64,000 bases of DNA from Antedon mediterranea (GCF_964355755.1 NC_092680.1:11904001-11968000); one strand, 5' to 3'; positions 38,501 through 52,352 are shown, counted from the stretch's first letter. A program made the numbers and translations. The notes: generated by a model not told the origin, from the letters alone.

Positions 38501-41500
38501 ATTAAGCTATTTTGTGCTCTTTGATGTTTTTGTGTAACCAAGTTTCATCGAAATCAACAAAATGGTCTAATACGTCTCCAAATGCGATTTGAAGCTTTTC
38601 CAAGCACTTTGCTGTTTTTATGTTAACAAGTCTTTTCGAAAATCACAAAATGGTCTAAAACGTCTTCAAATGCGATTTGAAGCTATTCTGTACACTTTGA
38701 TGTTTTGTGTGAAAAAGTTTTGTCGAAATGCTCAAAATGGTCTAAAACGTTTTTAAATACGATATTAAGCTATTTTGTGATCTTTGATGTTTTTGTGTGA
38801 AAAGTTTTATCGAAATGCTCAAAATGGTCTAAAACGGTTTCTATTGTGATTTTAAGCACTTTGATGATTTTGTGTAACCAAGTTTCATCGAAATGTACAA
38901 AATGGTCTAAAACGTCTCCAAATGCGATTTGAAGCTATTCTAAGTACTTTTGTGTTTTTATGTTAACAAGTTTTTTCGAAAATCACAAAATGGTCTAAAA
39001 CGTCTTCAAATGCGATTTGAAGCTATTCTGTACACTTTGATGTTTTGTGTAAAAAAGTTTTGTCGAAATGCTCAAAATGGTCTAAAACGTTTTTAAATAC
39101 GATATTAAGCTATTTTGTGATCTTTGATGTTTTTGTGTGAAAAGTTTTATCGAAATGCTCAAAATGGTCTAAAACGGTTTCTATTGTGATTTTAAGCACT
39201 TTGATGATTTTGTGTAACCAAGTTTCATCGAAATGTACAAAATGGTCTAAAACGTCTCCAAATGTGATTTGAAGCTATTCTAAGTACTTTTGTGTTTTTA
39301 TGTTAACAAGTTTTTTCGAAAATCACAAAATGGTCTAAAACGTCTTCAAATGCGATTTGAAGCTATTCTGTACACTTTGATGTTTTGTGTGAAAAAGTTT
39401 TGTCAAAATGCTCAAAATGGTCTAAAACGTTTTAAAAACGATATTAAGCTATTTTGTGCTCTTTGATGTTTTTGTTTAACCAAGTTTCATCGAAAATCAC
39501 AAAATGGTCTAAAACGTCTCCAAATGCGATTTGAAGCTTTTCTAAGCACTTTGGTGTTTTTATGTTAACAAGTTTTTTCGAAAATCACAAAATGGTCTAA
39601 AACGTCTCCAAATGCGATTTGAAGCTCTTCTGTACACTTTGATGTTTTGTGTGAAAAAGTTTTGTCGAAATTCTCAAAATGGTCTAAAACGTTTTTAAAT
39701 ACGATATTAAGCTGTTTTGTGCACTTTGATGATTTGTGTGAAAAGTTTTAACGAAATGCTCAAAATGGTCAAAAACGGTTTCTAATGTGATTTTAAGCAC
39801 TTTGATGTTTTTGTGTAACCAAGTTTTTTCGAAAATCACAAATTGGTCTAAAACGTCTCCAAATGCGATTTGAAGCTTTTCTAAGCACTTTGGTGTTTTT
39901 ATGTTAACAAGTTTTTTCGAAAATCACAAAATGGTCTAAAACGTCTCCAAATGCGATTTGAAGATATTCTGAGCACTTTGGTGTTTTTATGTTAAAAAGT
40001 TTTTTCGAAAATCACAAAATAGTCTAAAACGTCTCCAAATGCGATTTGAAGCTATTCTGTACACTTTGATGTTTTGTGTGAACAAGTTTTGTCGAAATGC
40101 TCAAAATGGTCTAAAACGTTTTTAAAACGATATTAAGCTATTTTGTGCTCTTTGATATTTTTGTGTAACCAAGTTTCATCGAAAATCACAAAATGGTCTA
40201 AAACGTCTCCAAATGCGATTTGAAGCTTTTCTAAGCACTTTGGTGTTTTTATGTTAACAAGTTTTTTCGAAAATCACGAAATGGTCTAAAATGTCTCCAA
40301 ATGCGATTTGAAGATATTCTGAGCACTTTGGTGTTTTAATGTTAAAACGTTTTTTCGAAAATCACAAAATGGTCTAAAACGTCTCCAAATGCGATTTGAA
40401 GCTCTTCTGTACACTTTGATGTTTTGTGTGAAAAAGTTTTGTCGAAATGCTCAAAATGGTCTAAAACGTTTTTAAATTCGATATTAAGCTGTTTTGTGCA
40501 GTTTGATGATTTGTGTGAAAAGTTTTAACGAAATGCTCAAAATGGTCTAAAACGGTTTCTAATGTGATTTTAAGCACTTTGATGTTTTTGTGTAACCAAG
40601 TTTTTTCGAAAATCACGAAATGGTCTAAAACGTCTCCAAATGCGATTTGAAGCTTTTCTAAGCACTTTGGTGTTTTTATGTTAACAAGTTTTTTCGAAAA
40701 TCACAAAATGGTCTAAAACGTCTCCAAATGCGATTTGAGGATATTCTGAGCACTTTGGTGTTTTTATGTTAAAAAGTTTTTTCGAAAATCACAAAATGGT
40801 CTAAAACGTCTTCAAATGCGATTTGAAGCTATTCTGTACACTTTGATGTTTTGTGTGAAAAAGTTTTGTCAAAATGCTCAAAATGGTCTAAAACGTTTTT
40901 AAAACGATATTAAGCTATTTTGTGCTCTTTGATATTTTTGTGTAACCAAGTTTCATCGAAAATCACAAAATGGTCTAAAACGTCTCCAAATGCGATTTGA
41001 AGCTTTTCTAAGCACTTTGGTGTTTTTATGTTAACAAGTTTTTTCGAAAATCACGAAATGGTCTAAAATGTCTCCAAATGCGATTTGAAGATATTCTGAG
41101 CACTTTGGTGTTTTTATGTTAAAACGTTTTTTCGAAAATCACAAAATGGTCTAAAACGTCTCCAAATGCGATTTGAAGCTCTTCTGTACACTTTGATGTT
41201 TTGTGTGAAAAAGTTTTGTCGAAATGCTCAAAATGGTCTAAAACGTTTTTAAATTCGATATTAAGCTGTTTTGTGCAGTTTGATGATTTGTGTGAAAAGT
41301 TTTAACGAAATGCTCAAAATGGTCTAAAACGGTTTCTAATGTGATTTTAAGCACTTTGATGTTTTTGTGTAACCAAGTTTTTTCGAAAATCACAAAATGG
41401 TCTAAAACGTCTCCAAATGCGATTTGAAGCTTTTCTAAGCACTTTGGTGTTTTTATGTTAACAAGTTTTTTCGAAAATCACAAAATGGTCTAAAACGTCT

Positions 41501-43948
41501 CCAAATGCGATTTGAGGATATTCTGAGCACTTTGGTGTTTTTATGTTAAAAAGTTTTTTCGAAAATCACAAAATGGTCTAAAACGTCTTCAAATGCGATT
41601 TGAAGCTATTCTGTACACTTTGATGTTTTGTGTGAAAAAGTTTTGTCAAAATGCTCAAAATGGTCTAAAACGTTTTAAAAACGATATTAAGCTATTTTGT
41701 CCTCTTTGATGTTTTTGTTTAACCAAGTTTCATCGAAAATCACAAAATGGTCTAAAACGTCTCCAAATGCGATTTGAAGCTTTTCTAAGCACTTTGGTGT
41801 TTTTATGTTAACAAGTTTTTTCGAAAATCACAAAATGGTCTAAAACGTCTCCAAATGCGATTTGAAGCTATTCTAAGTACTTTTGTGTTTTTATGTTAAC
41901 AAGTTTTTTCGAAAATCACAAAATGGTCTAAAACGTCTTCAAATGCGATTTGAAGCTATTCTGTACACTTTGATGTTTTGTGTGAAAAAGTTTTGTCGAA
42001 ATGCTCAAAATGGTCTAAAACGTTTTTAAAACGATATTAAGCTATTTTGTGCTCTTTGATGTTTTTGTGTAACCAAGTTTCATCGAAATCAACAAAATGG
42101 TCTAATACGTCTCCAAATGCGATTTGAAGCTTTTCCAAGCACTTTGCTGTTTTTATGTTAACAAGTTTTTTCGAAAATCACAAAATGGTCTAAAACGTCT
42201 TCAAATGCGATTTGAAGCTATTCTGTACACTTTGATGTTTTGTGTGAAAAAGTTTTGTCGAAATGCTCAAAATGGTCTAAAACGTTTTTAAATACGATAT
42301 TAAGCTATTTTGTGATCTGTGATGTTTTTGTGTGAAAAGTTTTATCGAAATGCTCAAAATGTTCTAAAACGGTTTCTAATGCGATTTGAAGCTATTCTGT
42401 ACACTTTGAAGTTTTTTGTGAAAAAGTTTTCTCGAAATGCTCAAAATGGTCTAAAACGTTTTTATATACCATATTAAGCTATTTTGTGCACTTTGATGTT
42501 TTTTCTTGAAAAGTTTTATCGAAATGCTCAAAATGGTCTAAAACGGTTTCTATTGTGATTTTAAGCACTTTGATGATTTTGTGTAACCAAGTTTCATCGA
42601 AATGTACAAAATGGTCTAAAACGTCTCCAAATGCGATTTGAAGCTATTCTAAGTACTTTTGTGTTTTTATGTTAACAAGTTTTTTCGAAAATCACAAAAT
42701 GGTCTAAAACGTCTTCAAATGCGATTTGAAGCTATTCTGTACACTTTGATGTTTTGTGTGAAAAAGTTTTGTCGAAATGCTCAAAATGGTCTAAAACGTT
42801 TTTAAATACGATATTAAGCTATTTTGTGATCTTTTATGTTTTTGTGTGAAAAGTTTTATCGAAATGCTCAAAATGGTCAGAAACGGTTTCTAATGCGATT
42901 TGAAGCTATTCTGTACACTTTGAAGTTTTGTGTGAAAAAGTTTTCTCGAAATGCTCAAAATGGTCTAAAACGTTTTTATATACCATATTAAGCTATTTTG
43001 TGCACTTTGATGTTTTTTGTGAAAAGTTTTATCGAAATGCTCAAAATGGTCTAAAACGGTTTCTATTGTGATTTGAAGCACTTTGATGATTTTTTGTAAC
43101 CAAGTTTCATCGAAATGTACAAAATGGTCTAAAACGTCTCCAAATGCGATTTGAAGCTATTCTAAGTACTTTTGTGTTTTTATGTTAACAAGTTTTTTCG
43201 AAAATCACAAAATGGTCTAAAACGTCTTCAAATGCGATTTGAAGCTATTCTGTACACTTTGATGTTTTGTGTGAAAAAGTTTTGTCGAAATGCTCAAAAT
43301 GGTCTAAAACGTTTTTAAATACGATATTAAGCTATTTTGTGATCTTTGATGTTTTTGTGTGAAAAGTTTTATCGAAATGCTCAAAATGGTCTAAAACGGT
43401 TTCTAATGCGATTTGAAGCTATTCTGTACACTTTGAAGTTTTGTGTGAAAAAGTTTTCTCGAAATGCTCAAAATGGTCTAAAACGTTTTTATATACCATA
43501 TTAAGCTATTTTGTGCACTTTGATGTTTTTTGTGAAAAGTTTTATCGAAATGCTCAAAATGGTCTAAAACGGTTTCTATTGTGATTTTAAGCACTTTGAT
43601 GATTTTGTGTAACCAAGTTTCATCGAAATGTACAAAATGGTCTAAAACGTCTCCAAATGCGATTTGAAGCTATTCTAAGTACTTTTGTGTTTTTATGTTA
43701 ACAAGTTTTTTCGAAAATCACAAAATGGTCTAAAACGTCTTCAAATGCGATTTGAAGCTATTCTGTACACTTTGATGTTTTGTGTGAAAAAGTTTTGTCG
43801 AAATGCTCAAAATGGTCTAAAACGTTTTTAAAACGATATTAAGCTATTTTGTGCTCTTTGATGTTTTTGTGTAACCAAGTTTCATCGAAATCAACAAAAT
43901 GGTCTAATACGTCTCCAAATGCGATTTGAAGCTTTTCCAAGCACTTTG
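32512..43948. repeat. Near-identical tandem duplication with 5337 bp period (~2.1 copies)
   Basis: Five rare markers share the same offset: AAGTCTTTTCG 33295/38632, AAATTGGTC 34506/39843, GTGAACAAG 34744/40081, AATGTTCTAA 37024/42361 and GTGATTTGAAGCAC 37731/43068. Each copy contains an internal 777 bp 9-mer duplication (AAATTCGATA 35141/35918). Confidence 0.92.
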
Positions 43949-45049
43949 GTGTTTTTATGTTAACAAGTTTTTTCGAAAATCACGAAATGGTCTAAAATGT
44001 CTCCAAATGCGATTTGAAGATATTCTGAGCACTTTGGTGTTTTTATGTTAAAAAGTTTTTTCGAAAATCACAAAATGGTCTAAAACGTCTCCAAATGCGA
44101 TTTGAAGCTCTTCTGTACACTTTGATGTTTTGTGTGAAAAAGTTTTGTCGAAATGCTCAAAATGGTCTAAAACGTTTTTAAATACGATATTAAGCTGTTT
44201 TGGGCACTTTGATGATTTGTGTGAAAAGTTTTAACGAAATGCTCAAAATGGTCTAAAACAGATTATAATGTGATTTTAAGCACTTTGCTGTTTTTATGTT
44301 AACAAGTTTTTTCGAAAATCACAAAATGGTCTAAAACGTCTTCAAATGCGATTTGAAGCTATTCTTTACACTTTGATGTTTTGTGTGAAAAAGTTTTGTC
44401 GAAATGCTCAAAATGGTCTAAAACGTTTTTAAATACGATATTAAGCTATTTTGTGATCTTTGATGTTTTTGTGTGAAAAGTTTTATCGAAATGCTCAAAA
44501 TGGTCTAAAACGGTTTCTATTGTGATTTTAAGCACTTTGATGATTTTGTGTAACCAAGTTTCATCGAAAATCACAAAATGGTCTAAAACGTCTCCAAATG
44601 CGATTTGAAGCTTTTCTAAGCACTTTGGTGTTTTTATGTTAACAAGTTTTTTCGAAAATCACAAAATGGTCTAAAACGTCTCCAAATGCGATTTGAAGCT
44701 CTTCTGTACACTTTGATGTTTTGTGTGAAAAAGTTTTGTCGTAATTCTCAAAATGGTCTAAAACGTTTTTAAATACGATATTAAGCTGTTTTGTGCACTT
44801 TGATGATTTGTGTGAAAAGTTGTAACGAAATACTCAAAATGGTCAAAAACGGTTTCTAATGTGATTTTAAGCACTTTGATGGTTTTGTGTAACCAAGTTT
44901 TTTCGAAAATCACAAAATGGTCTAAAACGTCTCCAAATGCGATTTGAAGCTTTTCTAAGCACTTTGGTGTTTTTATGTTAAAAAGTTTTTTTCGAAAATC
45001 ACAAAATAGTCTAAAACGTCTCCAAATGCGATTTGAAGCTATTCTGTAC

Positions 45050-48000
45050 ACTTTGATGTTTTGTGTGAAAAAGTTTTGTCGAAATGCTCAAAATGGTCTA
45101 AAACGTTTTTAAAACGATATTAAGCTATTTTGTGCTCTTTGATGTTTTTGTGTAACCAAGTTTCATCGAAAATCACAAAATGGTCTAAAACGTCTCCAAA
45201 TGCGATTTGAAGCTTTTCTAAGCACTTTGGTGTTTTTATGTTAACAAGTTTTTTCGAAAATCACGAAATGGTCTAAAATGTCTCCAAATGCGATTTGAAG
45301 ATATTCTGAGCACTTTGGTGTTTTTATGTTAAAAAGTTTTTTCGAAAATCACAAAATGGTCTAAAACGTCTCCAAATGCGATTTGAAGCTCTTCTGTACA
45401 CTTTGATGTTTTGTGTGAAAAAGTTTTGTCGAAATGCTCAAAATGGTCTAAAACGTTTTTAAATACGATATTAAGCTGTTTTGGGCACTTTGATGATTTG
45501 TGTGAAAAGTTTTAACGAAATGCTCAAAATGGTCTAAAACGGATTATAATGTGATTTTAAGCACTTTGATGTTTTTGTGTAACCAAGTTTTTTCGAAAAT
45601 CACAAAATGGTCTAAAACGTCTCCAAATGCGATTTGAAGCTTTTCTAAGCACTTTGGTGTTTTTATGTTAACAAGTTTTTTCGAAAATCACAAAATGGTC
45701 TAAAACGTCTCCAAATGCGATTTGAGGATATTCTGAGCACTTTGGTGTTTTTATGTTAAAAAGTTTTTTCGAAAATCACAAAATGGTCTAAAACGTCTCC
45801 AAATGCGATTTGAAGCTATTCTGTACACTTTGATGTTTTGTGTGAAAAGGTTTTGTCGAAATGCTCAAAATGGTCTAAAACGTTTTTAAAACGATATTAA
45901 GCTATTTTGTGCTCTTTGATGTTTTTGTGTAACCAAGTTTCATCGAAATCAACAAAATGGTCTAATACGTCTCCAAATGCGATTTGAAGCTTTTCCAAGC
46001 ACTTTGCTGTTTTTATGTTAACAAGTTTTTTAGAAAATCACAAAATGGTCTAAAACGTCTTCAAATGCGATTTGAAGCTATTCTGTACACTTTGATGTTT
46101 TGTGTGAAAAAGTTTTGTCGAAATGCTCAAAATGGTCTAAAACGTTTTTAAATACGATATTAAGCTATTTTGTGATCTTTGATGTTTTTGTGTGAAAAGT
46201 TTTATCGAAATGCTCAAAATGGTCTAAAACGGTTTCTAATGCGATTTGAAGCTATTCTGTACACTTTGAAGTTTTGTGTGAAAAAGTTTTGTCGAAATGC
46301 TCAAAATGGTCTAAAACGTTTTTAAAACGATATTAAGCTATTTTGTGCTCTTTGATGTTTTTGTGGAACCAAGTTTCATCGAAAATCACAAAATGGTCTA
46401 AAACGTCTCCAAATGCGATTTGAAGCTTTTCTAAGCACTTTGGTGTTTTTATGTTAACAAGTTTTTTCGAAAATCACGAAATGGTCTAAAATGTCTCCAA
46501 ATGCGATTTGAAGATATTCTGAGCACTTTGGTGTTTTTATGTTAAAAAGTTTTTTCGAAAATCACAAAATGGTCTAAAACGTCTCCAAATGCGATTTGAA
46601 GCTCTTCTGTACACTTTGATGTTTTGTGTGAAAAAGTTTTGTCGAAATGCTCAAAATGGTCTAAAACGTTTTTAAATACGATATTAAGCTGTTTTGGGCA
46701 CTTTGATGATTTGTGTGAAAAGTTTTAACGAAATGCTCAAAATGGTCTAAAACGGATTATAATGTGATTTTAAGCACTTTGATGTTTTTGTGTAACCAAG
46801 TTTTTTCGAAAATCACAAAATGGTCTAAAACGTCTCCAAATGCGATTTGAAGCTTTTCTAAGCACTTTGGTGTTTTTATGTTAACAAGTTTTTTCGAAAA
46901 TCACAAAATGGTCTAAAACGTCTCCAAATGCGATTTGAGGATATTCTGAGCACTTTGGTGTTTTTATGTTAAAAAGTTTTTTCGAAAATCACAAAATGGT
47001 CTAAAACGTCTCCAAATGCGATTTGAAGCTATTCTGTACACTTTGATGTTTTGTGTGAAAAGGTTTTGTCGAAATGCTCAAAATGGTCTAAAACGTTTTT
47101 AAAACGATATTAAGCTATTTTGTGCTCTTTGATGTTTTTGTGTAACCAAGTTTCATCGAAATCAACAAAATGGTCTAATACGTCTCCAAATGCGATTTGA
47201 AGCTTTTCCAAGCACTTTGGTGTTTTTATGTTAAAAAGTTTTTTTGAAAATCACAAAAAGGTCTAAAACGTCTCAAAATGCGATTTGAAGCTATTCTGTA
47301 CACTTTGATGTTTTGTGTGAAAAAGTTTTCTCGAAATGCTCAAAATGGTCTAAAACGTTTTTAAAACGATATTAAGCTATTTTGTGCTCTTTGATGTTTT
47401 TGTTTAACCAAGTTTCATCGAAAATCACAAAATGGTCTAAAACGTTTCCAAATGCGATTTGAAGCTCTTCTGTACACTTTGATGTTTTGTGTGAAAAAGT
47501 TTTGTCGAAATGCTCAAAATGGTCTAAAACGTTTTTAAAACGATATTAAGCTATTTTGTGCTCTTTGATGTTTTTGTGTAACCAAGTTTCATCGAAAATC
47601 ACAAAATGGTCTAAAACGTCTCCAAATGCGATTTGAAGCTTTTCTAAGCACTTTGGTGTTTTTATGTTAACAAGTTTTTTCGAAAATCACGAAATGGTCT
47701 AAAATGTCTCCAAATGCGATTTGAAGATATTCTGAGCACTTTGGTGTTTTTATGTTAAAAAGTTTTTTCGAAAATCACAAAATGGTCTAAAACGTCTCCA
47801 AATGCGATTTGAAGCTCTTCTGTACACTTTGATGTTTTGTGTGAAAAAGTTTTGTCGAAATGCTCAAAATGGTCTAAAACGTTTTTAAATACGATATTAA
47901 GCTGTTTTGGGCACTTTGATGATTTGTGTGAAAAGTTTTAACGAAATGCTCAAAATGGTCTAAAACGGATTATAATGTGATTTTAAGCACTTTGATGTTT

Positions 48001-49910
48001 TTGTGTAACCAAGTTTTTTCGAAAATCACAAAATGGTCTAAAACGTCTCCAAATGCGATTTGAAGCTTTTCTAAGCACTTTGGTGTTTTTATGTTAACAA
48101 GTTTTTTCGAAAATCACAAAATGGTCTAAAACGTCTCCAAATGCGATTTGAGGATATTCTGAGCACTTTGGTGTTTTTATGTTAAAAAGTTTTTTCGAAA
48201 ATCACAAAATGGTCTAAAACGTCTCCAAATGCGATTTGAAGCTATTCTGTACACTTTGATGTTTTGTGTGAAAAGGTTTTGTCGAAATGCTCAAAATGGT
48301 CTAAAACGTTTTTAAAACGATATTAAGCTATTTTGTGCTCTTTGATGTTTTTGTGTAACCAAGTTTCATCGAAATCAACAAAATGGTCTAATACGTCTCC
48401 AAATGCGATTTGAAGCTTTTCCAAGCACTTTGCTGTTTTTATGTTAACAAGTTTTTTAGAAAATCACAAAATGGTCTAAAACGTCTTCAAATGCGATTTG
48501 AAGCTATTCTGTACACTTTGATGTTTTGTGTGAAAAAGTTTTGTCGAAATGCTCAAAATGGTCTAAAACGTTTTTAAATACGATATTAAGCTATTTTGTG
48601 ATCTTTGATGTTTTTGTGTGAAAAGTTTTATCGAAATGCTCAAAATGGTCTAAAACGGTTTCTAATGCGATTTGAAGCTATTCTGTACACTTTGAAGTTT
48701 TGTGTGAAAAAGTTTTGTCGAAATGCTCAAAATGGTCTAAAACGTTTTTAAAACGATATTAAGCTATTTTGTGCTCTTTGATGTTTTTGTGTAACCAAGT
48801 TTCATCGAAAATCACAAAATGGTCTAAAACGTCTCCAAATGCGATTTGAAGCTTTTCTAAGCACTTTGGTGTTTTTATGTTAACAAGTTTTTTCGAAAAT
48901 CACGAAATGGTCTAAAATGTCTCCAAATGCGATTTGAAGATATTCTGAGCACTTTGGTGTTTTTATGTTAAAAAGTTTTTTCGAAAATCACAAAATGGTC
49001 TAAAACGTCTCCAAATGCGATTTGAAGCTCTTCTGTACACTTTGATGTTTTGTGTGAAAAAGTTTTGTCGAAATGCTCAAAATGGTCTAAAACGTTTTTA
49101 AATACGATATTAAGCTGTTTTGGGCACTTTGATGATTTGTGTGAAAAGTTTTAACGAAATGCTCAAAATGGTCTAAAACGGATTATAATGTGATTTTAAG
49201 CACTTTGATGTTTTTGTGTAACCAAGTTTTTTCGAAAATCACAAAATGGTCTAAAACGTCTCCAAATGCGATTTGAAGCTTTTCTAAGCACTTTGGTGTT
49301 TTTATGTTAACAAGTTTTTTCGAAAATCACAAAATGGTCTAAAACGTCTCCAAATGCGATTTGAGGATATTCTGAGCACTTTGGTGTTTTTATGTTAAAA
49401 AGTTTTTTCGAAAATCACAAAATGGTCTAAAACGTCTCCAAATGCGATTTGAAGCTATTCTGTACACTTTGATGTTTTGTGTGAAAAGGTTTTGTCGAAA
49501 TGCTCAAAATGGTCTAAAACGTTTTTAAAACGATATTAAGCTATTTTGTGCTCTTTGATGTTTTTGTGTAACCAAGTTTCATCGAAATCAACAAAATGGT
49601 CTAATACGTCTCCAAATGCGATTTGAAGCTTTTCCAAGCACTTTGCTGTTTTTATGTTAACAAGTTTTTTAGAAAATCACAAAATGGTCTAAAACGTCTT
49701 CAAATGCGATTTGAAGCTATTCTGTACACTTTGATGTTTTGTGTGAAAAAGTTTTGTCGAAATGCTCAAAATGGTCTAAAACGTTTTTAAATACGATATT
49801 AAGCTATTTTGTGATCTTTGATGTTTTTGTGTAAAAAGTTTTATCGAAATGCTCAAAATGGTCTAAAACGGTTTCTAATGCGATTTGAAGCTATTCTGTA
49901 CACTTTGAAG
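45050..49910. repeat. 1213 bp 14-monomer HOR in about 4 tandem copies
   Basis: GGATTATAAT at 45541, 46754, 47967 and 49180. GAAAAGGTTTT (GG) at 45849, 47062, 48275 and 49488. All spacings are 1213, and the monomer lengths sum to 1213. Confidence 0.92.
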
Positions 49911-50111
49911 TTTTTTGTGAAAAAGTTTTCTCGAAATGCTCAAAATGGTCTAAAACGTTTTTATATACCATATTAAGCTATTTTGTGCACTTTGATGTTT
50001 TTTGTGAAAAGTTTTATCGAAATGCTCAAAATGGTCTAAAACGGTTTCTATTGTGATTTTAAGCACTTTGATGATTTTGTGTAACCAAGTTTCATCGAAA
50101 TGTACAAAATG

Positions 50112-52352
50112 GTCTAAAACGTCTCCAAATGCGATTTGAAGCTATTCTAAGTACTTTTGTGTTTTTATGTTAACAAGTTTTTTCGAAAATCACAAAATGG
50201 TCTAAAACGTCTTCAAATGCGATTTGAAGCTATTCTGTACACTTTGATGTTTTGTGTGAAAAAGTTTTGTCAAAATGCTCAAAATGGTCTAAAACGTTTT
50301 TAAAACGATATTAAGCTATTTTGTGCTCTTTGATGTTTTTGTTTAACCAAGTTTCATCGAAAATCACAAAATGGTCTAAAACGTCTCCAAATGCGATTTG
50401 AAGCTTTTCTAAGCACTTTGGTGTTTTTATGTTAACAAGTTTTTTCGAAAATCACAAAATGGTCTAAAACGTCTCCAAATGCGATTTGAAGCTCTTCTGT
50501 ACACTTTGATGTTTTGTGTGAAAAAGTTTTGTCGTAATTCTCAAAATGGTCTAAAACGTTTTTAAATACGATATTAAGCTGTTTTGTGCACTTTGATGAT
50601 TTGTGTGAAAAGTTTTAACGAAATGCTCAAAATGGTCAAAAACGGTTTCTAATGTGATTTTAAGCACTTTGATGTTTTTGTGTAACCAAGTTTTTTCGAA
50701 AATCACAAAATGGTCTAAAACGTCTCCAAATGCGATTTGAAGCTTTTCTAAGCACTTTGGTGTTTTTATGTTAACAATTTTTTTTGAAAATCACAAAATG
50801 GTCTAAAACGTCTCCAAATGCGATTTGAAGATATTCTGAGCACTTTGGTGTTTTTATGTTAAAAAGTTTTTTCGAAAATCACAAAATAGTCTAAAACGTC
50901 TCCAAATGCGATTTGAAGCTATTCTGTACACTTTGATGTTTTGTGTGAAAAAGTTTTGTCGAAATGCTCAAAATGGTCTAAAACGTTTTTAAAACGATAT
51001 TAAGCTATTTTGTGCTCTTTGATGTTTTTGTGTAACCAAGTTTCATCGAAAATCACAAAATGGTCTAAAACGTCTCCAAATGCGATTTGAAGCTTTTCTA
51101 AGCACTTTGGTGTTTTTATGTTAACAAGTTTTTTCGAAAATCACGAAATGGTCTAAAATGTCTCCAAATGCGATTTGAAGATATTCTGAGCACTTTGGTG
51201 TTTTTATGTTAAAAAGTTTTTTCGAAAATCACAAAATGGTCTAAAACGTCTCCAAATGCGATTTGAAGCTCTTCTGTACACTTTGATGTTTTGTGTGAAA
51301 AAGTTTTGTCGAAATGCTCAAAATGGTCTAAAACGTTTTTAAATACGATATTAAGCTGTTTTGGGCACTTTGATGATTTGTGTGAAAAGTTTTAACGAAA
51401 TGCTCAAAATGGTCTAAAACGGTTTCTAATGTGATTTTAAGCACTTTGATGTTTTTGTGTAACCAAGTTTTTTCGAAAATCACAAAATGGTCTAAAACGT
51501 CTCCAAATGCGATTTGAAGCTTTTCTAAGCACTTTGGTGTTTTTATGTTAACAAGTTTTTTCGAAAATCACAAAATGGTCTAAAACGTCTCCAAATGCGA
51601 TTTGAGGATATTCTGAGCACTTTGGTGTTTTTATGTTAAAAAGTTTTTTCGAAAATCACAAAATGGTCTAAAACGTCTCCAAATGCGATTTGAAGCTATT
51701 CTGTACACTTTGATGTTTTGTGTGAAAAAGTTTTGTCGAAATGCTCAAAATGGTCTAAAACGTTTTTAAAACGATATTAAGCTATTTTGTGCTCTTTGAT
51801 GTTTTTGTGTAACCAAGTTTCATCGAAATCAACAAAATGGTCTAATACGTCTCCAAATGCGATTTGAAGCTTTTCCAAGCACTTTGCTGTTTTTATGTTA
51901 ACAAGTTTTTTCGAAAATCACAAAATGGTCTAAAACGTCTTCAAATGCGATTTGAAGCTATTCTGTAGACTTTGATGTTTTGTGTGAAAAAGTTTTGTCG
52001 AAATGCTCAAAATGGTCTAAAACGTTTTTAAATACGATATTAAGCTATTTTGTGATCTTTGATGTTTTTGTGTGAAAAGTTTTATCGAAATGCTCAAAAT
52101 GGTCTAAAACGGTTTCTAATGCGATTTGAAGCTATTCTGTACACTTTGAAGTTTTTTGTGAAAAAGTTTTCTCGAAATGCTCAAAATGGTCTAAAACGTT
52201 TTTATATACCATATTAAGCTATTTTGTGCACTTTGATGTTTTTTGTGAAAAGTTTTATCGAAATGCTCAAAATGGTCTAAAACGGTTTCTATTGTGATTT
52301 TAAGCACTTTGATGATTTTGTGTAACCAAGTTTCATCGAAATGTACAAAATG
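50112..52352. repeat. Complete 26-monomer higher-order repeat unit, 2241 bp (K A B C A' E F C D | A B C D A' E F C D | A B' C' A G H I J)
   Basis: The J-to-K marker TGTACAAAATGG occurs at 50101 and 52342 (2241 bp apart). The 26 monomers between sum to 777+777+687=2241. Subtype diagnostics: A GCTATTCTGTACAC, A' GCTCTTCTG, B AAAACGATAT..GTGCTCT, C GCTTTTCTAAGC, C' TAATACG..TTCCAAGC, D GATATTCTGAGC, E GCTGTTTTG..TTAACG, F CTAATGTGATTTTAAGCAC (78 bp), G GTGATCT, H CTAATGCG..TGAAGTTTT, I TATATACCAT, J CTATTGTG..ATGTAC (78 bp), K CTAAGTACT. Confidence 0.85.
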
